DNA of 64,000 nucleotides from Candidatus Latescibacterota bacterium (lineage in GTDB: Bacteria > Latescibacterota > UBA2968). Below the pieces are notes generated by a model. That model was not told where the DNA came from, did no database searches, and saw only the letters and a list, made by a program, of their open reading frames with translations. Positions 56,561-64,000 of this stretch are shown piece after piece. Positions within the stretch are counted from its first letter, which is position 1, and each line of letters begins with the position of its first letter. A program made the translations under genes and the position numbers. The DNA lies in contig OZ242320.1 in NCBI GenBank assembly GCA_965208125.1, positions 4,576,001 through 4,640,000 on the forward strand. The letters run 5' to 3'.

Positions 56561-57658
56561 CTATACCGCGTATTTTTTTACCGCCTCGGGATCCAGTTCC
56601 AGGCCCAGGCCCGGCTTGTCGGGGTTGGGCGACCAGAGGCCATTGACCGGCTCGGAGAATTCTGTGTAGGTTATCCGGTCTGATTCTTCCACCGTGCCGA
56701 GGTATTCCACAATTCGCAGATTTGGGGTCGCGCAAGATAGGTGCAGGTGGATGAGCTGGTAGGCGTGTGGCGCAACGGGCAGGTTGAAGGCGTGGGCCAG
56801 GTGTGCCACTTTCATCCATTCGGTGATGCCGCCGACCCGGCCCACATCGGGCTGGACGATATCCGCTCCGCCCCGGGCGATGAGGTCTTTGAAGCCGTAT
56901 TTGGTGTACTCGTGTTCGCCGGTTGCGATGGGAATCGCGGTGGCACGAGCAATTGCGGCCAGGCCTTCGATGTCATCGGCCAGTACAGGTTCTTCAAACC
57001 AGCCGATGTTGTATTCCTCAAACGCCTGAGCCATGCGAATGGCTTGTTTGGCATAGTACCCATTGTTTGCGTCAATGAGAATCTCTACGTCATCGCCCAG
57101 TGCTTTCCGCACCGCAGATAGTCGCGCCACATCTTCACTTTCACTGCGCCCAAAATCTTTGCCGACCTTCATTTTGACGGACTTCATGCCGCGTTCTACA
57201 TAGCTGGCCTGTTCGGCAATTAATTCATCTACGCTGAAGTGGGTCCAACCGCCGCTACCGTAAACCGGGACGGTGTCCGTATAAGGACCGAGCAGTTTGT
57301 AGAGGGGGGTTTGATAATATTTGGCTTTCAGGTCCCACAGGGCAATATCGACTGCTGAAAGGGCGCAAAAGGCCAGGCCCTTGCGGCCCACACCGCGTAT
57401 GCGCCAGAACATGTCGTCCCACAATTGTTCGATGTTAAGTGGGTCCTGACTCATTAGAATGGGTTTGAGCGACCCTTCGATGATCTCACGGGCAGCCCGT
57501 GCGCCCCCTCCGGTGCCCAACCCTTCCAAGCCTTCATCGGTGACGATGTGGACAAAGCACTGCGTTCTGCCCTGTTCAAGGTGACGAATGGTGGCGTCCT
57601 GGATGCCTGTCAGATGAGGCATCGACAGGACGGTTGTTTTTACATCTGTAATTTGCAC
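56561..57658 (-). CDS. Mandelate racemase family enolase
   Basis: DIALWDLKAK, VYGSGG, KMK, DAN, FEEP, TGE, QPD, APH; GTG start with AGGAG RBS. Confidence 0.93.
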   Translation of the reverse strand: MQITDVKTTVLSMPHLTGIQDATIRHLEQGRTQCFVHIVTDEGLEGLGTGGGARAAREIIEGSLKPILMSQDPLNIEQLWDDMFWRIRGVGRKGLAFCALSAVDIALWDLKAKYYQTPLYKLLGPYTDTVPVYGSGGWTHFSVDELIAEQASYVERGMKSVKMKVGKDFGRSESEDVARLSAVRKALGDDVEILIDANNGYYAKQAIRMAQAFEEYNIGWFEEPVLADDIEGLAAIARATAIPIATGEHEYTKYGFKDLIARGGADIVQPDVGRVGGITEWMKVAHLAHAFNLPVAPHAYQLIHLHLSCATPNLRIVEYLGTVEESDRITYTEFSEPVNGLWSPNPDKPGLGLELDPEAVKKYAV

Positions 57659-57850
57659 GGTGATGTTCTCCTGAGAGGTGTTATGATATTATGATCTGCT
57701 GCATCTATTTAGACCAGAAGACGCCAACCCGTGTTCCCAGTACTCTGGAAAGGATAGGAGCGATCCGGTCTAGAGTGGATCTGACGAATGTCCTTGACAG
57801 AAGAGTATGCTTCTCAAATCATAGAAAAGAAAAGAGGAGGATAAAATAGT

Positions 57851-58381
57851 ATGAGTGAAACAATAAATCTACATTGGTCTTTCAATCACGACAGAAAGGA
57901 GCAGGGACAATCTCCAGATTTTGCACAGCAGTTTCGTTCCCTGGTAAAGGGGACGCTGGAAGCGACAGCCTCCGGGGATCACGGAGGAGAAGTTACTCGC
58001 TATACGATTCTCCCCAATTTCAGGCGCGGCTATAAAGGTCCGGCAGACGGCGATGACCTGTCCGTGGGCGAGGTGGTGATCCGCCAGACGGTCAGGGGTG
58101 AGAATCGCCTGAACTATTCTGTTGTGTACAGAAACGCTGCGAGCGGAGAACTTATGGATATGCAATTTGCATCCAATAGGGATGCATTTCGCACGTTGAC
58201 CGGTACCTGGTCTGTGCACGTAGAGAACTGCGCTGGAGACGGTTACAAGGAATTTTCCTGTGACGGACATCTGGAAGAGGACGGCTCTGTTTTCCTTACG
58301 ACCAATGGACTGGATTTGCAAGCGGGTTCGGCCGATCTATCCGCACCACTGACCTGTAACTGGGCTGGAACAGATATTTGA
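57851..58381 (+). pseudogene. 3'-truncated hypothetical gene, homologue of 9729..10436
   Basis: GAGGAGG RBS; aligns with the 9729 protein up to LTCNW (vs ISCQW), then stops 5 codons later. Confidence 0.65.
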
Positions 58382-58604
58382 TCTGGCCGAAGATCCCAGC
58401 GAGACGCACAATCTGGCATATCAGCCGGAAATGCGGGAAATGCTCAAAAGATTCAGGCAATTGATGATGGATTTTGAGGGGCAACTGAACCGGCGAAGGA
58501 TGACGGCCCAACGGCCTGCTACGCAATTGCTCAATTGGGGAAAGCAAATTCGGGGATATTGGGATGCACATCCCGAGTTGGAGGGGATGCGGATAAAGCT
58601 ATGA
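58368..58604 (+). pseudogene. Orphan sulfatase C-terminus
   Basis: A different frame reads EQIFDLAEDPSETHNLAYQPEMREML...*, the typical sulfatase C-terminal motif; no upstream catalytic part. Confidence 0.75.
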
Positions 58605-58786
58605 TCCGCAATGGGAAGGCGTGTTCGTATCCGGGACCGATTCGCAAATAAAGTGCGATTCATCACAAAAATTTTTTAAAGAGTAATCACTATGCAAAAA
58701 CCAATTGATAAATTTGCCGATTTAGCTTTGGGGACAAGATACAGAGACAAACGATTTTGGAAAGCTGCAAAACTACGGAGGATGTT

Positions 58787-59650
58787 ATGTCTGTATCTGA
58801 AATAATTGAATCTCATGTTGGGCAAATGAAAGCAGAGGGCTGGTGTTTGGTCGAAGGGGTGATTCCTGAGGATCAGGTCGATTCTCTTTGTGATCATGTG
58901 CAGGAGGGTCATAAAAATGGTCTGAAGTATTATGAAGAGATCGGTGGTTCACTTGTGTTTCAATCTGACGCAGAGGGCAAACCTCATAGAAATGCAGTTT
59001 CGTTTATTCCCGGTCTTGCAGCTTATTTTGGCGATGAACGCGTGGTGGGCATTGCAAAGGCACTGTTGGATCCGCATCACATACGTATTGCACAGACGGA
59101 GTTTAAGACACGGCAACCCGGTGAGCGAAAGATGGGTCACCGGGGGTGGCATTCAGATTTTCCACACGATTTGACAGACCGAGAACGGGCAGGTGCTTTT
59201 ATAATGCCGTTTCCCAATGTGGTGGCAGGGATTACGGCATTATGGATGTTGTCGGATTTTTCACCAGAGAATGGTGGCACCTGGGTGGTGCCTCGCAGCC
59301 ATCGGGATTTGCGGAATCCGCGGAGTCACTTGGACCCGCGCAATCCGCCAGAAGTGCACGATGATATTCCGATCAAGCAATCGATCCTGGGCGAGATTCA
59401 GCTGGAAGGAAAAGCAGGGAGTGTGGTGATGATCGACAGTCGAATCTGGCATACGGCGGGAAATAATCCGAGCGATGAACCGCGAGTGACGATGCTGACG
59501 CGGTATTCGCCATGGTGGATGAATCTGGAATTTGGGGGGCGTAATCAGGCAATGGTGCCGAGGGAGATTTATGAAAGGTTTCCTGAGGAAGTAAAGTTGC
59601 TGTATAAGCATCGGGTTGAGGGGGAGGCGAATCCTATTCAGCGATATTAA
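58787..59650 (+). CDS. PhyH family Fe(II)/2OG dioxygenase
   Basis: WHSD, NGGTWVVPRSH, WHTAG, R; GGAGG RBS. Confidence 0.9.
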   Translation: MSVSEIIESHVGQMKAEGWCLVEGVIPEDQVDSLCDHVQEGHKNGLKYYEEIGGSLVFQSDAEGKPHRNAVSFIPGLAAYFGDERVVGIAKALLDPHHIRIAQTEFKTRQPGERKMGHRGWHSDFPHDLTDRERAGAFIMPFPNVVAGITALWMLSDFSPENGGTWVVPRSHRDLRNPRSHLDPRNPPEVHDDIPIKQSILGEIQLEGKAGSVVMIDSRIWHTAGNNPSDEPRVTMLTRYSPWWMNLEFGGRNQAMVPREIYERFPEEVKLLYKHRVEGEANPIQRY

Positions 59651-59802
59651 TCCCCAGCCACTCACAACGTGCTATTCCAAGTGTATCACGTGATGCGATG
59701 CACAAGCGAGACAACGGATCTACACTGGTCCTTAAACCACGGCAGAAAGGGGCAATCCCCATATTTTGCATAACCACAGATGCAAAAAGAAAGGTTTAGC
59801 AG

Positions 59803-61134
59803 ATGAGTAAGTCGATAGATGACGATATCAAAGAACGTCCCAATATTCTGATTATTTTCACCGATGATCAGGGGTATGCGGATCTGGGCTGTTTTGGAAA
59901 CAAAAAGAACAAGACACCGCGGCTGGATCAACTGGCGAAGGAGGGTACCCGCTTCACCAGCTTTTACGCCCAGCCTGTGTGCGGTCCGTCGCGGTCGGCA
60001 TTGCTCACCGGTCGCTATCCGGTCCGCAGTAAGGGCTGGGGGATGCCCGCCAGTGAGATCACTTTTGCCGAGTTGATGAAACCCGCAGGATACCAGACGG
60101 CCTGTATAGGTAAGTGGGATGTCTCGAACAGGAAGGAAATTATCGAGCGCATGCCGAATGCACAGGGGTTTGATTATTATTACGGTACTCTTGGCGCAAA
60201 CGACAATGGGTTTATAAAGTTTCATGAGAATAACACGGCGGTTGGTGAAACGGAAGACATGAGCTGTACGATTCGCCTGTACACCGATAAAGCGATTGAT
60301 TTTCTGGAGAATCGCCGAGATCCGAACAAGCCGTTTGTGCTCTATCTGGCGCATACGATGTTGCACACGATCATCGATGCATCTCCTGAGTTTAAGGGAA
60401 AATCGGCTGGTGGGCTATATGGGGATGTGGTTGAAGAGTTAGACCATGAGACCGGACGTTTGCTCGACAAGCTGGACGCGCTGGGATTGCGCGACAACAC
60501 ACTGGTGATCTATACTACGGATAACGGACCGTGGTGCCAATCCAAGTACTATGAAAACAAGAAAGGTCATCCAGAGGGTTCCATCTTTTGGGGCGATCCC
60601 GGGGCGTTGCGCGCCGGTAAGGGATCAGCTTATGAAGCCGGATCTCGTGTGCCCTGTATTGTCCGCTGGCCGGGTAAAGTCCCGGCTGGGCGCACCTCGG
60701 ATGCGCTCTGGGCCACGATTGATTTAATGCCGACTTTTACCGCACTATCAGGTGTCACACCGCCGATGGATCGCGTGATTGACGGCATTGATCAAACCGC
60801 ATTGCTCCTGGGACAGGCCGAAGAAGGCCGAGAAACCTTTATCTATGATCAGGTGGGAGATGGTGATGCCAATATGGGCGTTGGTATTAGAAAGGGAAAT
60901 TGGAAGTTGCTGCTTCCTGGGCGCAAACCGGAACAAGACCATCGCTTTCTGATGGATTTTGGAACCAATGGTCTGGAGTTATACGATCTGGATAGCGACA
61001 TTGGCGAAAAGAACAACGTCACAGACGATCATCCTGAAGTTGTGAAAGAACTCCGTGAAACCTTAGACAGTTTTAAAAAAGGAGTAGCAGATGGATGCGT
61101 TTTATATCCCCGAAGATGCAGAGGCGCAGTTTGA
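59803..61134 (+). CDS. Arylsulfatase-type sulfatase (S1)
   Basis: TDDQGY, CGPSR, GKWD, TDNGP, ELYDL..D.GE. Confidence 0.92.
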   Translation: MSKSIDDDIKERPNILIIFTDDQGYADLGCFGNKKNKTPRLDQLAKEGTRFTSFYAQPVCGPSRSALLTGRYPVRSKGWGMPASEITFAELMKPAGYQTACIGKWDVSNRKEIIERMPNAQGFDYYYGTLGANDNGFIKFHENNTAVGETEDMSCTIRLYTDKAIDFLENRRDPNKPFVLYLAHTMLHTIIDASPEFKGKSAGGLYGDVVEELDHETGRLLDKLDALGLRDNTLVIYTTDNGPWCQSKYYENKKGHPEGSIFWGDPGALRAGKGSAYEAGSRVPCIVRWPGKVPAGRTSDALWATIDLMPTFTALSGVTPPMDRVIDGIDQTALLLGQAEEGRETFIYDQVGDGDANMGVGIRKGNWKLLLPGRKPEQDHRFLMDFGTNGLELYDLDSDIGEKNNVTDDHPEVVKELRETLDSFKKGVADGCVLYPRRCRGAV

Positions 61135-61882
61135 AGAACGTGGTTATTTTGTGGTTCGAAATCTAATTTCAGCCCAGGCAGTTGAGACCGTGCGAAGTGA
61201 ACTTGAAAGGGTCATCGCAGAAAAGCCGAAAGGATTCAGATTGACCACTGATCGCGCAGATGATACAGGTGTTGACGGTGATGCGGCGGTATGGGCTGTG
61301 GGCGATCGGGACCTTCATAGCCGGGTGCTTTGGGAGGAATGGCTGACCGCAGAAAACGTGATTGCAATGAACCGACGCTTTCTGGGTGAAAATGTTCGCG
61401 TTCAGGGCACGCGTTTTTTTACCAAACAGGCCCGAATAGGTGAATCTGTGCCCTGGCATCAGGACATTTGGTTGTGGGAGCGCGATGCGTCACGAGGCAT
61501 CAGACCGCACAAGCGAGAACATTTTAACTGCTGGGTGGCTCTGGAGGCTGTCGATCTTGAGAATGGGTGTTTGCATGTGATGCCGGGCACTCACAAAGGC
61601 GAAGTCATCGAACACGTGCAGTATGATGGCTTGCACCCAGAGATTCCGCGTGATCAGGTGGCTGATAATACACCTGAGCCTGTGCCCTTAGGGCCGGGCG
61701 ATGCGGTGATCTGGCATGCACACATGTGGCATATGAGTCCACCGAATCCGAGTGATCGCCCGCGATGGGGCGGTGTTATGATCACGTTTCGAGATGAGAT
61801 GGCTGAAAAGGCGAATCAGGCCGATCGGGGAATGCTCATCCGCAATGGGATGGCGTGTTCTTATCCAGGACCGATTCGTTGA
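61091..61882 (+). CDS. PhyH family Fe(II)/2OG dioxygenase
   Basis: FEERGY, WHQD, ENGCL...PGTH, WHMS, R. Confidence 0.9.
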   Translation: MDAFYIPEDAEAQFEERGYFVVRNLISAQAVETVRSELERVIAEKPKGFRLTTDRADDTGVDGDAAVWAVGDRDLHSRVLWEEWLTAENVIAMNRRFLGENVRVQGTRFFTKQARIGESVPWHQDIWLWERDASRGIRPHKREHFNCWVALEAVDLENGCLHVMPGTHKGEVIEHVQYDGLHPEIPRDQVADNTPEPVPLGPGDAVIWHAHMWHMSPPNPSDRPRWGGVMITFRDEMAEKANQADRGMLIRNGMACSYPGPIR

Positions 61883-61942
61883 GCCACATCTCCAGTTTTT
61901 CATTTTTAACCATTTGTCACACCGACATGAAGGGATCGAAGA

Positions 61943-63337
61943 ATGCCAAAAGAAGCACCGAACATCATCCTGATAAATTGCGATGATTTAGGATACGCCG
62001 ATATCGGCTGTTATGGATCAACGCTCAATAAGACACCAGCACTCGACCGGTTGGCCGAACAAGGCATGCGGTTCACCGATTTCTACGCTGCTGCGCCGGT
62101 ATGCACCCCCTCCAGAGCTGCTATGCTGGCTGGCTCATACCCTCGAAGGCTTAACATGCATGCTTTCGACATTCGAAAAATCGATGGCTCAGGAGAGATT
62201 CTCGAACATCGGGGGGTGTTGTTTCCTGGACAGGCCGAGGGGTTGAACCCCCAGGAGAAGACGATTGCGTCGGTGTTGAAGGGTGGTGGGTACACGACAA
62301 AACTGATCGGAAAGTGGCATGTGGGAGACCAGCCTGAGTTTTTACCTGCGCATTATGGTTTTGATTCCTGGTTTGGGATCCCGTATAGCAACGACATGGG
62401 GCTTCAAACCCGGAGCCCCAAAAAAACCTGGGCGCAACATATCAAAGCTCCCCTGCCTCTCGTGCGGGATAGCGTGGTGGTACAAGAACAGCCCGATCAG
62501 ACCTCCATTACGGAACGATACACCGAGGAGGCGGTGGCGTTCATCCGAGAAAACGCTGATCGGCCGTTGTTTATTTATTTCGCGCATACCTATGTACACA
62601 ACCCATTGTTCGTACCGGAAGTCTTCGAAAGACAGTCAGAGAATGGTGTCCTCGGTGCAGCAGTCGCGCATATCGACTGGAGTTTGGCGATGCTCGAATA
62701 CGAGCTCGAACGGTGCGGCTTGACGGACGATACACTCATTATTTTTACGTCCGATAATGGTGGCGCGAGGAAGAGTGTTAATACACCCTTGCGGGGATTC
62801 AAGGGATCGACCTGGGAAGGCGGTCAGCGGGTAAATTGCATCATGAAATGGCCTGCACGCATTCCTGCAGGAACAACCTGTGGCGAGATCAGCACCATGA
62901 TGGATTTCCTGCCAACATTCGCTGACATAACTGGAGCCGATATTGAAGACGGCGTTATTCGAGATGGTCATACGATGCTGGGGCTCATGACGCAGGAAGC
63001 TGGCGCGTCATCTGGATACAAAAAATTCCTTTACTTCAAGGAGGGCAATCTTGATGCGATACGGAGTGGCGACTATAAACTGCATCTCCATCTCAAAGAG
63101 CTGTACAATCTGGATACCGACATTGGGGAGACAGACAATAAGTACGACGAACTTCCTGATGTGGTTCAGAAGCTCTTATATATGGCTGAATTAGCCCGCG
63201 AGGATTTGGGAGACGACATCACGGGCGTTGCCGGTGCAAACCAACGTCCCTGTGGTCGGGTGGAAAATCCTAAGCCACTCACGACGTACGATCCCAACCA
63301 TCCGTATATCGTCGCGTTGTACGATATACCGGGATAA
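61943..63337 (+). CDS. Arylsulfatase A-like sulfatase (S1)
   Basis: CDDLGY, CTPSR, GKWH, PYSNDM, SDNG, WEGG.R. Confidence 0.93.
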   Translation: MPKEAPNIILINCDDLGYADIGCYGSTLNKTPALDRLAEQGMRFTDFYAAAPVCTPSRAAMLAGSYPRRLNMHAFDIRKIDGSGEILEHRGVLFPGQAEGLNPQEKTIASVLKGGGYTTKLIGKWHVGDQPEFLPAHYGFDSWFGIPYSNDMGLQTRSPKKTWAQHIKAPLPLVRDSVVVQEQPDQTSITERYTEEAVAFIRENADRPLFIYFAHTYVHNPLFVPEVFERQSENGVLGAAVAHIDWSLAMLEYELERCGLTDDTLIIFTSDNGGARKSVNTPLRGFKGSTWEGGQRVNCIMKWPARIPAGTTCGEISTMMDFLPTFADITGADIEDGVIRDGHTMLGLMTQEAGASSGYKKFLYFKEGNLDAIRSGDYKLHLHLKELYNLDTDIGETDNKYDELPDVVQKLLYMAELAREDLGDDITGVAGANQRPCGRVENPKPLTTYDPNHPYIVALYDIPG

Positions 63338-63535
63338 AGAGAGAATAAAATTTGGGAGCGTAAATTCGTGAATGTTGGCACACCATCCTGAATTGAAAGA
63401 ATGTGGATACCATATGAGATTTAATGTGTATAGAAATACGCCGGCGTGAACGCAGTCGCAGGGGTTTTGTTTTATCAGAGGCAATTTAAATCGCTTCTCT
63501 GGATGCTAAAAAAAGAAATTTTGAAAGGCGCAGAT

Positions 63536-64000
63536 ATGTCAGAGCGAATTCTGGCACAGGAGCAGGTCGATATTTTTCATCGCGATGGATTTGTAGTGGT
63601 GCGGCACCTGATTCCTGAAGAGATGGTTGCTAGACTGGCACGAGATTATGATCGGGCGACGCGTGATGAGTTTGATGTGCCGGCTTGGAAGGGTCGCATT
63701 GCACCGGGTAAGACGCTGCAACTTGGCAATCCTTCATTGAGGATTCCTGGGTGGAAAGACCATGAATATCGACAGCGAATTGTGCAGGTAGGAAAGGAGC
63801 TGTTGGGTGAGGATATTGACTATCGGTACGATCAATTGATTTACAAGCCGCCTCATTCTCCGGTAGAATTATTGTGGCACCAGGATGCGGGATATGGTTG
63901 GCCGGGTGAAGCGAACCATCGGGGGCTGACATGCTGGTTGGCTTTGTCTAAGGCGACAAAGGAAATGGGGTCTTTACAGTTTATTCCCGGCAGTCACTTG
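63536..64000 (+). CDS. PhyH family dioxygenase, truncated by the window edge
   Basis: Not in the ORF track. Manual translation: MSERILAQEQVDIFHRDGF...YKPP...WHQD...CWLAL...GSLQFIPGSHL. Confidence 0.88.
   Translation, partial: MSERILAQEQVDIFHRDGFVVVRHLIPEEMVARLARDYDRATRDEFDVPAWKGRIAPGKTLQLGNPSLRIPGWKDHEYRQRIVQVGKELLGEDIDYRYDQLIYKPPHSPVELLWHQDAGYGWPGEANHRGLTCWLALSKATKEMGSLQFIPGSHL

Noticed and set aside
61091-61134. 44-nt overlap of sulfatase and PhyH as programmed frameshift or fusion
   Set aside because: PhyH has its own AAGGAG RBS and the sulfatase domain is complete; a lost stop codon explains the overlap.
1-64000. rRNA, tRNA, prophage or intact transposase
   Set aside because: None recognised; intergenic gaps are short and lack such signatures by eye.

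Overview
Gene-dense bacterial window given over to catabolism. It holds 8 intact Cys-type sulfatases plus 2 probable remnants, 6 PhyH-type Fe(II)/2-oxoglutarate oxygenases, 5 mandelate-racemase-type enolases, several dehydrogenases, a GH2, a heparinase II/III-type lyase, 2 aminotransferases, ABC exporters, a PIN/RHH toxin-antitoxin pair and a DEAD-box helicase with an N-terminal zinc ribbon. These paralogue expansions and the recurring 'DFDGNGKVDFxDFLxF..xFG' tag suggest a marine Latescibacterota/Poribacteria-like genome (inference only). The most striking element is a six-gene exported operon at 34453-44101. It encodes two near-identical Tat sulfatases, two YHYH proteins (one fused to a metallophosphoesterase with a D-to-C change in motif I), a CBM67-like protein and a duplicated Spy/CpxP-like protein. 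Five of the six carry a dockerin/EF-hand-like tag, and DNA-level mosaics show that tag being shuffled between genes. Other scars include an internally deleted Rpn-family gene, an out-of-frame fusion at about 58.37 kb and an IS200/IS605-like end hairpin. No rRNA, tRNA or CRISPR array was seen. All family assignments come from recognising motifs by eye, not from database searches.
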